From: Candidatus Bathyarchaeia archaeon
GTDB lineage: Archaea; Thermoproteota; Bathyarchaeia; Bathyarchaeales; Bathycorpusculaceae
Direction: 5' to 3'
Length of the DNA: 64,000 nt
Assembly (NCBI GenBank): GCA_049970895.1
Contig: JBMFMB010000004.1
Span: forward strand, 1-64,000
The position numbers and the translations under genes were made by a program. The notes under the pieces are model-generated. The model was not told the origin of the DNA. It searched no databases and saw only the letters and a program-made list of their open reading frames with translations. Shown here in pieces: positions 8,702 to 17,602 of this stretch (its first letter is position 1; the number at the start of each line of letters is the position of its first letter).

Positions 8702-9862
8702 ATGAGTGAAGTTGAAAACCTAATCAGCCAAATAGCTTCAAGGCTTAAAGTTTCAAGAGGAGAAGTTCTCAAAAAGCTTGAGGAAAAGAGGCAGAAAACT
8801 GGCAGCCTAATCTCCGACGAAGTTCTTTTGCGAATGATAGCTACAGAGCTTGGCGTCGAAATTGCTGCTAATAAAGTCGGTGAACCAACTCTTCTGATAG
8901 GCAACCTCGTTCCAGGATTAAGCGACGTAACTGTTGCTGGGCGTGTCATCGCTGTTTTTCCACCAAAAAGTCCGGAAAATGGTGAGAAAAGCGTAAAGGC
9001 GAGAAATGCAAGCCTAATCATAGCCGACAAAAGTGGCACGATACATGTTGCCCTATGGAATGACAAAACGGCTTATGCTGAACAAGAAAAGGTGAGGGTT
9101 GGGCAAATCGTAAGGTTTCGCCACGGCTACACGAGGGAAGGTCACCTCGGAAACGTTGAACTTCACATAGGCGAAAAAGGCGGGGTTGAACTGGAACCCA
9201 AAGATGTCGAGGCAAAAAATTTTCCAAGAATCAAAGAACTCACAACGAAGGTTGGGGCGCTTACAAATGCCTCCAAAAACAAGCGGATAAACATAATTGG
9301 AAAAGTGGAGAAAATCTTGAAAATATCAACCTTTACAAGGCAGGATTCCTCTGCTGGAAAAGTTATGCGCTTCATTTTGGCTGATGAAACTGGTGAAATA
9401 CCAGTAGTAGTATGGAACGACAAGGTTTACGAGGCTGAAAAGCTCGCCAAAGAAGGCGCCACGCTCTATGTGGCAAACGCTAAAGTCAAAAAAGCCCTAG
9501 AAGGCTTTGAAATTCATGTTGATTCTAGGGCATACATAAACACTTTCACAGAGGAGCCAGAATTCCTCAAAATAGCCCAACTAAAAGAGGGCTTAAAGGG
9601 AGTGTGCGTCAAAGGCGAGGTTGTAACCAAACCCCTAATGAGAGAAGTAAAAACTTCAAAGGAAACGGTAAAGCTGGCAGTTTTTGAAATTAAAGATGAA
9701 ACTGGAAAAATATGGGTTTCAGCTTGGAGAAAAAATGCGGAAAACGCTGCAAACCTAAAAATAGGCGAAAAAATAATCATAAAAAACGCCAATGTTAAGA
9801 AGGGATTTGGAGACCAGCTTGAAATATCCACCCAAAAGGCAACAATCTTAGAAATAATTTAG
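8702..9862 (+). CDS. rpa: replication protein A (three OB folds)
   Basis: Repeated D(K/E)(S/T)G.I.V..W OB motifs after a helical N-terminus. Confidence 0.88.
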   Translation: MSEVENLISQIASRLKVSRGEVLKKLEEKRQKTGSLISDEVLLRMIATELGVEIAANKVGEPTLLIGNLVPGLSDVTVAGRVIAVFPPKSPENGEKSVKARNASLIIADKSGTIHVALWNDKTAYAEQEKVRVGQIVRFRHGYTREGHLGNVELHIGEKGGVELEPKDVEAKNFPRIKELTTKVGALTNASKNKRINIIGKVEKILKISTFTRQDSSAGKVMRFILADETGEIPVVVWNDKVYEAEKLAKEGATLYVANAKVKKALEGFEIHVDSRAYINTFTEEPEFLKIAQLKEGLKGVCVKGEVVTKPLMREVKTSKETVKLAVFEIKDETGKIWVSAWRKNAENAANLKIGEKIIIKNANVKKGFGDQLEISTQKATILEII

Positions 9863-9878
9863 CAATTCTTGTAACAAG

Positions 9879-9986
9879 TGCCGGGGGCGGGATTTGAGCC
9901 CGCGACCTCTGGACAAAGGGCGCCTATGCCCCGTTTGCTCTCCAGATTATGAGTCTGGCGCCCATTCCAGGCTAGGCTACCCCGGC
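9879..9986 (-). tRNA. elongator tRNA-Met(CAT) with 33-nt intron at position 45/46
   Basis: GCCGGGG acceptor, CCAGA-CT-CAT-AA-TCTGG arm. Removing 9907-9939 restores the AGGTC variable loop. Confidence 0.9.
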
Positions 9987-10168
9987 AGATTTTCCCGGAT
10001 TAAGTATGATTTCACAGCTTGCTTATTTACGTTTTCTGAATAACAGTAAGCCTTCTTTTTTGAGGCGCAATGTAGAAGAAGTCGGCGACATCGCATCACT
10101 GTCGTGCGCAGTAGCATCCAATACCGAAGAGATGAGTTGACAATGGAGAACAACGCCTTCAGGTGACA

Positions 10169-10225
10169 CCACTGAACTGTTCAGTGGGAATATTTAAATA
10201 TGTGGGAAAATTAATATTTAGTGGG
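10169..10225 (+). promoter_or_regulatory. promoter/operator of the TA operon
   Basis: Inverted repeat CCACTGAA-N3-TTCAGTGG, TATA TTTAAATA, and three GTGGG direct repeats spaced 18-19 bp. Confidence 0.5.
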
Positions 10226-10233
10226 TTAGTTTT

Positions 10234-10479
10234 ATGGAAACCGTTAAAGTAGATGAGAAAGGCAGAGTGGCAATTCCTAAACGTCTTAGGGAGAAGGCTA
10301 ATGTGAAAGAGGGAGGCTACGTTAGGATAAGGGCTGATGAGAAAGGCATCATTATTGAGCCCCTTGAACCCATTGCTGACAAATATTTCGGAGTCTTTAT
10401 GATAGCTAAATGGCCGGAAAACCTAGACGAATTTGTGGTTGAGGTTATGAGGAAATGGTGGACCCGGAAGGCTACGTAG
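10234..10479 (+). CDS. vapB: AbrB/MazE-type antitoxin
   Basis: VDEKGRVAIPKRLRE; overlaps the PIN gene. Confidence 0.92.
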   Translation: METVKVDEKGRVAIPKRLREKANVKEGGYVRIRADEKGIIIEPLEPIADKYFGVFMIAKWPENLDEFVVEVMRKWWTRKAT

Positions 10480-10880
10480 ATATAAACGTGTTCGTGTACT
10501 GGCTTGGCGGCCACCCCACTTATGGCAAAACAGCCTACCAGTGGATAAAGAAAATTGAGGAGGCGTCGAAAGGAAAATACGTAACATCGAGCCTAACGCT
10601 ATACCAGATAGCAGTAATAATGGCTGGCTTAACAGGAGGAAACTTGAAAGATGAGGAACTGATTGATAAAGTTGTGGATTCAATAACAAGCCTTCCAAGT
10701 CTAATAATAGCACCACTAACTTTGGAAGACATATCGAAAGCCGTCAGCTTAATGGAAGAATATGACCTCGACTATGAGGACGCCTTACACTTAGCCGTTG
10801 CAATAAGGAACAGAGCCAAAGAAATCATATCCAACGACCAAGACTTCGACAAAACACAATTAAAAAGAAAATTCCTTTAA
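10455..10880 (+). CDS. vapC: PIN-domain toxin
   Basis: YVDINVF ... DALHLA ... SNDQDFD. Confidence 0.92.
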   Translation: MVDPEGYVDINVFVYWLGGHPTYGKTAYQWIKKIEEASKGKYVTSSLTLYQIAVIMAGLTGGNLKDEELIDKVVDSITSLPSLIIAPLTLEDISKAVSLMEEYDLDYEDALHLAVAIRNRAKEIISNDQDFDKTQLKRKFL

Positions 10881-10914
10881 CAGCATCTCCTAACCATTAG
10901 TCTAGTGCCTCTTG

Positions 10915-11604
10915 TTATCTCTTTCGCTCCAACTTCTCAACTTTATCCCGTTTTCCCAAATAAACCAAATCAGTCATATTCACGAAAAGTCCAGTCTCAA
11001 CAACTCCAGGAACCATTTTCAGCCTTTTCTCCAGTTCCTCAGGATTTTTTATCAAGCCGAAGTCAACGTCTATTATGAAGTTTCCATTGTCAGTTACTAC
11101 TGGCCCAACTTTCCCAACGCTTTCCCTTATTTTTGGTTTGCCGCCCATCTCGCTTAGCTTACGCATCACAAAAGAAGTGGCAAAGGGAATAACTTCTATT
11201 GGCACTTTTTGGCCGTTCTCTCCCAAAATTTTTGCTTTTTTCCTCTCGTCCGCTATAATTATTAGGGTTTTGGATGCCGCGGCAACAATTTTCTCGCGGG
11301 TTAGGGCTCCTCCCACGCCCTTGATAAGGTTTAAGTTCTCATCTATTTGATCTGCGCCGTCGATTGTTAAATCCAGCATGGGGTTTTCCTCCAACGTTGT
11401 TGTTGGAATGCCATTCTTCACAGCCAGCATAAAAGCCTGATAAGATGTTGGCACAACCTTAACACATAATTTTTCAGCCTTTATCCTTCTTCCAATTTCT
11501 TCGGCGGCATAGGCCACCGTGCTTCCGCTTCCAAGTCCTATCACAAAACCGTTTTTGACGTGTTTGAAGGCTTCTAAAGCTGCGTTTCTTTTTGCCTTTT
11601 CCAT
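10915..11604 (-). CDS. rpiA: ribose-5-phosphate isomerase A
   Basis: GLGSGST, IDGAD, KGVGGALTREK, TDNGN. Confidence 0.97.
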   Translation of the reverse strand: MEKAKRNAALEAFKHVKNGFVIGLGSGSTVAYAAEEIGRRIKAEKLCVKVVPTSYQAFMLAVKNGIPTTTLEENPMLDLTIDGADQIDENLNLIKGVGGALTREKIVAAASKTLIIIADERKKAKILGENGQKVPIEVIPFATSFVMRKLSEMGGKPKIRESVGKVGPVVTDNGNFIIDVDFGLIKNPEELEKRLKMVPGVVETGLFVNMTDLVYLGKRDKVEKLERKR

Positions 11605-11614
11605 GTTTTCCTCT

Positions 11615-12325
11615 TTAGGTTTCAATTTCCATCTGCCCCAATCTCTCTAAAACCTTTTCCACTTCGGCGCGGATTTCCTCTATACGCTTTTCAGCATCGG
11701 TCCTCGGAGAAGGCTTGGCGGATGGTTTCCTCTTCCTCTTCGCCTTTTCTCCAGCTTCTTCCACCTCTGGCTTTTCTTCAACCTCCACGGGTTTGGTTGG
11801 TTTGGGCGCAGGTATTGTTATTTCTTTTAATGGTTTTGCTTCAACCTTTGAGCGGAGCTCCTCAATTTTCGAGCTTATCTCGTCAAAGCGCTCGCTAAAG
11901 AGCTTTATTAGGTCCTCCTGCATGGCTTCAAGCTCATGCAAGGCCACAAGGGACTCATCTTTTGCGATTGCCTCCTTAACAATCATCATCCTCTCCTTAT
12001 ATGTTTGGGCGAGCCTGTCCCGCTCCTCCTCTGTTATTTTGCCATCAGCATGAGCCTCGTAAAGCTTCCTTATGGCATCGCTTAAAATCTCCCTCTCCAA
12101 ATCCAGTATTCTAAGTTCCTCCTTGGCGCGGGCAGCCTCCTCCGAGGAAACAGTCTTAACAATTTTGAAGGGCAAAACTTCCTTAGGCTTTGTTTCCGTT
12201 TTTTCCGAAACTTTTTCCTCCCTCCTCCCCTTTCGCCTCATGGCATAAAAGACAATTAGGCATGCAATGATCACCCCCACTACCGCTATTATTAGGGCGT
12301 AGGTTTGGGGCTCATCAAGGGGCAA
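11615..12325 (-). CDS. membrane-anchored coiled-coil protein
   Basis: N-terminal TM, long charged helices, Pro-rich linker, terminal helix. Confidence 0.8.
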   Translation of the reverse strand: MPLDEPQTYALIIAVVGVIIACLIVFYAMRRKGRREEKVSEKTETKPKEVLPFKIVKTVSSEEAARAKEELRILDLEREILSDAIRKLYEAHADGKITEEERDRLAQTYKERMMIVKEAIAKDESLVALHELEAMQEDLIKLFSERFDEISSKIEELRSKVEAKPLKEITIPAPKPTKPVEVEEKPEVEEAGEKAKRKRKPSAKPSPRTDAEKRIEEIRAEVEKVLERLGQMEIET

Positions 12326-12450
12326 AAAGCTTCTCCCTCTTACTCTCCATTAAATTCCTTTTGAGAATATATAAATTATCCAGAATTTATGAAGTTATGT
12401 GAAGTTTTATAACTTTGTAAATCTAAAAATAGAAAGGCGTTGTAGCAGCC

Positions 12451-13872
12451 ATGAACAGGGAGAAGGTTTTCAAGTATATTGAGGAGCATTTTGATGAGCA
12501 CCTTGGACGCCTACAAGAGCTCGTTAGGCAACCTTCCATATCAGCTGAAAACCTCGGAATACGCGAATGCGCAACTCTTGTTAGGGATTATCTGAGGCGT
12601 TTAGGCTGCAAGGATGCTCAGCTCGTGGAGACTTCTGGCAACCCTGTGGTATACGGCTACTATAATGCTGGTGCAGATAAAACTGTCATAATCTACATGA
12701 TGTATGATACACAGCCAGTGGATGAGCCAGGCTGGATTGTTCCGCCACTGGAAGGTCGTGTTGTTGAAATGCCGCCTTTTGGAAAGTGCCTAGTCGCCAG
12801 AGGAGCCATAAACACTAAGGGGGAGCTGGCCGCCTTCTTAAATGCCTGCGAATCTATAATAGCTGTTGGCGAGGAAATTCCGCTTAACCTGATTTTTGTG
12901 GCTGAGGGCGAGGAGGAGCTTGGAAGCCGCCATCTACCGGAGTTCATAAACAAATACTTGGATGTTTTGAAGGAGGCAGATGCTGTCTTCTTTCCAACAG
13001 CCGACCAAGACGAAAAGGGCAAAGTTCAAATGGCATTAGGCGTCAAGGGAATAGTTTACTTCGAACTTGAATTGGACGGGAAAAGCTGGGGTTATGGACC
13101 AACAGAGTTCGACATCCACGGCAGCAACAAGGCTTGGGTTGACAGTCCCGCATTGCGTATGATACAAGCACTAAGCACCCTCACCTCAAAGGATGGAAAC
13201 AAAGTGTTAGTTGAGGGTTTCTATGACAATGTTGCTCCACCAAGCCCGGAAGACATGGAACTGATAGAGAAGCTGGAAAAAACCTTTGACGAGGAAACCA
13301 TTAAGAGGGAGATGAAGGTTGAACGTTTCATCGACGATGTCCACGGGAAAGAGGCATTATTAAAATATCTTTACTCGCCAACACTAAACATTAACGGCAT
13401 ATGGAGCGGCTACACGGGTCCTGGCACAAAAACAGTTTTGCCCCACAAAATAACAGTGAAGATTGATGTTCGCCTCGTGCCCAACATGACCGTTGAAGAG
13501 GTCATACCAAAAATTAGGAGGCATCTGGATAAACATGGCTTTAAGGAAATAAAAATAGTCCAGCTTGAAGAGGGTTACGGATGGGCAAAAACGAGCGTCA
13601 GCGAGCCAGCGGCCCAAGCCGTTATAAAGGCTTACCGCGAGTTTGGCTATGAACCAGAAATATGGCCCTACATGGCTGGAAGCGCCCCCTTCTGCATGTT
13701 TAACAGAGAACCACTAAACCTCCCATTCGTAGAGGGAGGCATAGGCCATGGCGGAGGAGCCCACGCACCAAACGAGTACATAGTCGTAGGGGAGGGAGGA
13801 CCAACAGGAGGCCTAATAACCCTAGAAAAGTCTTATGTGGCTATACTGGACAACCTCTCAAAAATGCTGTAA
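12451..13872 (+). CDS. M20/M25/M40 metallopeptidase
   Basis: YDTQP, ARGA..KG, EGEEELGS, HAPNE. Confidence 0.93.
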   Translation: MNREKVFKYIEEHFDEHLGRLQELVRQPSISAENLGIRECATLVRDYLRRLGCKDAQLVETSGNPVVYGYYNAGADKTVIIYMMYDTQPVDEPGWIVPPLEGRVVEMPPFGKCLVARGAINTKGELAAFLNACESIIAVGEEIPLNLIFVAEGEEELGSRHLPEFINKYLDVLKEADAVFFPTADQDEKGKVQMALGVKGIVYFELELDGKSWGYGPTEFDIHGSNKAWVDSPALRMIQALSTLTSKDGNKVLVEGFYDNVAPPSPEDMELIEKLEKTFDEETIKREMKVERFIDDVHGKEALLKYLYSPTLNINGIWSGYTGPGTKTVLPHKITVKIDVRLVPNMTVEEVIPKIRRHLDKHGFKEIKIVQLEEGYGWAKTSVSEPAAQAVIKAYREFGYEPEIWPYMAGSAPFCMFNREPLNLPFVEGGIGHGGGAHAPNEYIVVGEGGPTGGLITLEKSYVAILDNLSKML

Positions 13873-13943
13873 AAGCCAAGAAAACTTAATAAATCAACGT
13901 TTCGCTTCTATTCTCTTGGCATATTTCAAGGCATTTGCTGTAT

Positions 13944-14021
13944 GCCCTGGTAGTATAGTCCGGTCTAGTATAGGCGGCTGTCGCCCGCCCGACCCGGGTT
14001 CAAATCCCGGCCAGGGCGCCA
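13944..14021 (+). tRNA. tRNA-Asp(GTC), CCA encoded
   Basis: GCCCTGG/CCAGGGC acceptor, GGCGG-CT-GTC-GC-CCGCC arm, GGTTCAAATC T-loop. Confidence 0.97.
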
Positions 14022-14098
14022 ACTTCCAAATTTTGAGAAATTTCGCTGTGGAAAAAGCATATGAGCAAGGGGATGTTTTAACAGTTTTCTGGGGCGAC

Positions 14099-15460
14099 TT
14101 GAGCTTTTCAAAGAAGCGAAGGGACAGCTTTTCTCCAAATGTTTGGTTACTTGACATTTTGAAGGATTCTGGTGTGGCTGCGGATATAGGCTATGATGAA
14201 GGCCAAATTTTTGTTAAGGCTTCCCGTAGTGGTTTATGTGTTGCTTGTAAGGGTTCACGTTTTCTATGTGGCAAAACCCGTTGCCCCATAATTGTTAGGG
14301 CCAACTACTTTTTGAAAAGCGTCCTATTAATGCAGAGTGAAGACATTGCTGGTGCTTCTCCGCCAAGCGTTTTTGTTGGGAGAATTGGCTACCCATATGT
14401 TTATGCTGGTCCCCTTGTTCCGCCAGTTCAGGAGGATACAAGCCTTTACGACTTGCCAGAATTCTGGTTTGGAAAATCCATAGACGAGATTGTTGGTTTT
14501 CGTTCCATGCTTATTCGTGGCAAACACCGTGTGCATGTGCAGAAGTTCCATGAAGCTGGAAAAATCATTGAGAAAACTCGGGAGCTCGCCTTGGCTGTTA
14601 AACCCGTCGATGTTGAGCTTCTCTTGAAGAAGAAGCCTAGAGGCTTTATAGTTTTGGACGATGAAGTTCAGCCCTTTGGTCCTTCAGCACCTATATGCGA
14701 TTTAAGGGTTGGGGACGCCCGCTGGGACCATCAAATTGAGAAGGCATACTACGATACGGATTTGAAGGCTGCCGAAGCAGTTTTAGAGCTTTATGGCAAG
14801 GGTGTTTTGGTGACGAAAATTCAGAGGGCTTTCAGCGTTGGCGCCTTTGGCTTGGAAAAGAATAGGCGTCTTGTGCCAACCCGTTGGAGCATAACAGCCG
14901 TTGACAGCATAATCTCTAAGGAGCTTATGGAAAAGGTGAAGACTTTCCCTGAAATAGGCGAGTACCGTGTCTACGAGTCTCGCTATTTGGACAATATTTT
15001 CGAAGTTTTAATGCTTCCCGGCAAGTGGAGTTATGAGGCGATAGAGGCTTGGCATCCAGGCACTGTTTGGAACCCTCATGGAAGAAGCGTAGTAATGTAC
15101 TCCGACTGGGAGGGCTATGAGGGGCGAACAACATACGCCGAAATTGGCGGATGCTATTATGCCGCCCGCCTAGCGGTCTGCGAACAACTTGTCAAGGAAC
15201 AACGCCAAGCAAGGGTAATAGTGCTTCGCGAGATTCACCCTGGCTACATAATGCCAGTGGGCGTGTGGCAAGTTCGTGAAAACGTTAGGAACGCCGTGTG
15301 TCAAAAACCGTATATCTTCAAGACCTTGGATGAAGCCTTACAGTTTATTGCAAGCCGCTTCCAAATACCAATTCGCCAGTGGATTATGCGAAGCGAACTT
15401 TTGAAGGATGCGCTTTTCCAGAAGAGAATTACAGATTTCTTGGAAAAGATTAAGGGCTGA
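14099..15460 (+). CDS. nreA: Nre family DNA repair protein
   Basis: CxxCKG...CP, SPPSVFVGR.GYP, LVPTRWSITAVD, C-terminal PIP QKRITDF. The start is approximate (TTG after the tRNA). Confidence 0.92.
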   Translation: MSFSKKRRDSFSPNVWLLDILKDSGVAADIGYDEGQIFVKASRSGLCVACKGSRFLCGKTRCPIIVRANYFLKSVLLMQSEDIAGASPPSVFVGRIGYPYVYAGPLVPPVQEDTSLYDLPEFWFGKSIDEIVGFRSMLIRGKHRVHVQKFHEAGKIIEKTRELALAVKPVDVELLLKKKPRGFIVLDDEVQPFGPSAPICDLRVGDARWDHQIEKAYYDTDLKAAEAVLELYGKGVLVTKIQRAFSVGAFGLEKNRRLVPTRWSITAVDSIISKELMEKVKTFPEIGEYRVYESRYLDNIFEVLMLPGKWSYEAIEAWHPGTVWNPHGRSVVMYSDWEGYEGRTTYAEIGGCYYAARLAVCEQLVKEQRQARVIVLREIHPGYIMPVGVWQVRENVRNAVCQKPYIFKTLDEALQFIASRFQIPIRQWIMRSELLKDALFQKRITDFLEKIKG

Positions 15461-15470
15461 TGTTAAAGCC

Positions 15471-16073
15471 ATGTTAAGGATAAGGAAGTTTTTGGCAGCA
15501 TTATATCATGCGTTTTTCAATTTTGTCCTAAACTCGTTTAAGAGTATAAACAGGAAAATTTGGTCGAAGTTTCCGGTTTGGCGAATGAGGGAGGAAACAA
15601 AGGAGCATGTCCACTCATCAATAAAAGTCTTCAAATGGATAATCTTGCCCGCAAGCCTCCTCTACGTATTTTTGGAGCTCTACCTTTTTGGCGAAAATGC
15701 CTTAGACACAATGCTTTGGGGATTGGCGGTTTTCTTTTATAGCAACTTCCTACCAGACCTGCCATCCATATACAGAAGAAAAGCCAAAAACAATGCGAAA
15801 GACCTGCCATGGTATAAGCGCTACGCCATACTTTTATTTGCGCCACTGCTTGTTTGGATTCTATTTTCAGGTGTACGCCTAAACTGGAGAACCACAGAAA
15901 CATACCACAACTTCAAATCCCTAACAGTTTACTGTGTCTTCCTCTTCATTGTCGGCTTTTTCGCTTTCGTGCAATTTCCAATAGCGCTTGGGAACCTTTG
16001 TGAAATTTTCGTCTTTCCACTTTATGGCTTAGCCGGATATTTGACACATCTTAAAGTGGATAGAATCTGGTAG
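15471..16073 (+). CDS. membrane metal-dependent hydrolase-like protein (YdjM-like)
   Basis: H..S, LPDL, YH and terminal HLKVD motifs among TM helices. Confidence 0.6.
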   Translation: MLRIRKFLAALYHAFFNFVLNSFKSINRKIWSKFPVWRMREETKEHVHSSIKVFKWIILPASLLYVFLELYLFGENALDTMLWGLAVFFYSNFLPDLPSIYRRKAKNNAKDLPWYKRYAILLFAPLLVWILFSGVRLNWRTTETYHNFKSLTVYCVFLFIVGFFAFVQFPIALGNLCEIFVFPLYGLAGYLTHLKVDRIW

Positions 16074-16182
16074 AATGCCATTTTATTTTTCCATTGGCAA
16101 AACTGCGCATCACGTAGATGAAAACCGTGTTTAAATAAAATCTTTAAACCTTAAAATGCAACATTAAGAAGAGTGCACTAAA

Positions 16183-17427
16183 ATGCTTGACCCCGTAACG
16201 CTTGCGTTGGCTTTGGCTGGTTCAATAATTGTGATAGGTTTTTTAGGAAACTACTTCCTTGAGCGGACTGGTTTTCCAGACATGGTTTTCCTAATAGTTT
16301 TAGGCATTCTGATGGGACCCATAGCCAAATGGGTGGATACTGGATTTATAATGCCTCTGGCTCCGTACTTTGCTGCCCTAGCCTTAGTCTTCATATTATT
16401 TGACGGTGGAATGGCTATGAACATTTACCGCGTTTTCAGAGATAGCCCAAGAGCCACAGTGCTGGCCCTTGTGGGTTTCGGTTTAAGTGTTGCGGCCATA
16501 ACACTTTTTGTGTTTTTTCTGCTTATGCCAGACAAACCCATAACATACTCGATGTTGTTGGGAACAATTTTGGGTGGAAGCAGCAGCATCGTCGTGATTT
16601 CGCTTGCCTCGAGGATGGGGGTTAGCGAAAAATGCTCAACAATACTAGGCCTAGAAGCCGCGCTGACAGACATTTTATGCATAGTTTTCACCCTAACAAT
16701 ATTAGAAATAACTCTAGGCGGCACCGTTGAGCCGTTGGCTATTGGACAGAAGATTGCAAGTAAATTCGCAATAGGGATAGTGCTTGGCATAATCTTTGGG
16801 CTTTTATGGTTAAGCACATTAAAAAGAATCGCAAAAGCGCCATACGCCTACATCCTCACACTCGCCGTTGTGCTTCTTGCCTATGCAGTTTCAGAAACCT
16901 TGGGCGGTAGCGGAGCCCTATGCTGCCTACTCTTCGGCATGGTGCTGGGAAACGAAAAAGAGATTTACAGAATGCTCGGAATGGAAAGACCAACTGAAAC
17001 TGTTATTGATGCTGGGCTGAAAAGGTTTGAATCTGAGGTTGCCTTTCTTCTAAGAACCTTCTTCTTTGTTTACATAGGCTTGATATCAACAATAGGCGAC
17101 ATAAGAATAGCCCTCCTCGGAGTAACCCTCTCCCTACTACTGCTGCTAGTTAGATTTGTGGCTGTGCGAATAGCAATAGTCCGCTGCAGCGAACTTGTCA
17201 AAGAACACCTAACGATGAATGTAATTCTCACAAGGGGTTTGGCAGCTGCCGTGCTAGCGACATTGCCCCTACAATATACGGATATAAAGAAGTATCCAGA
17301 GGTAGGTCCTATTTTCCAGACTATATCGCATATATACATCGACATCTCAGTCATAGTAATTTTAGCTACTGCGGTAATAGTCACCGTAGCTATCCCGATT
17401 TTGAAGCGAAGGACAAAAAAGAGCTGA
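16183..17427 (+). CDS. cation:proton antiporter (CPA1/NhaP-like)
   Basis: ILFDGG, LEAALTD, TRGLAAAVLA; about 12 TM. Confidence 0.92.
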   Translation: MLDPVTLALALAGSIIVIGFLGNYFLERTGFPDMVFLIVLGILMGPIAKWVDTGFIMPLAPYFAALALVFILFDGGMAMNIYRVFRDSPRATVLALVGFGLSVAAITLFVFFLLMPDKPITYSMLLGTILGGSSSIVVISLASRMGVSEKCSTILGLEAALTDILCIVFTLTILEITLGGTVEPLAIGQKIASKFAIGIVLGIIFGLLWLSTLKRIAKAPYAYILTLAVVLLAYAVSETLGGSGALCCLLFGMVLGNEKEIYRMLGMERPTETVIDAGLKRFESEVAFLLRTFFFVYIGLISTIGDIRIALLGVTLSLLLLLVRFVAVRIAIVRCSELVKEHLTMNVILTRGLAAAVLATLPLQYTDIKKYPEVGPIFQTISHIYIDISVIVILATAVIVTVAIPILKRRTKKS

Positions 17428-17602
17428 AGGAAACAATCTCAAAGCCTATTCCACGTTTGTTCCCTAAATTGCCAATGATTACAGGTTCGATGTCGCAATG
17501 GTGTCTGCTGGTAAGAAGAAAAAGAAAAGGGGATAATGAAGAAAAAGAAGTGAAAAACAAGCGATTCAGCCTAAAATCTCCATTTTCCGCCTTTCAAGGC
17601 TT

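Noticed and set aside
8428-9066. 212-aa minus-strand ORF
   Set aside because: Antisense to tRNA-Thr and RPA; no protein motif.
10072-10140. VEEVGDIASLSCAVASNTEEMS, resembling a chemoreceptor fragment
   Set aside because: Too short to support.
13835-14098. N-terminal extension of the Nre ORF
   Set aside because: Runs through tRNA-Asp; the real start must be downstream.
17430-17600. Possible C/D box sRNA in the intergenic region
   Set aside because: No convincing C and D box pair.
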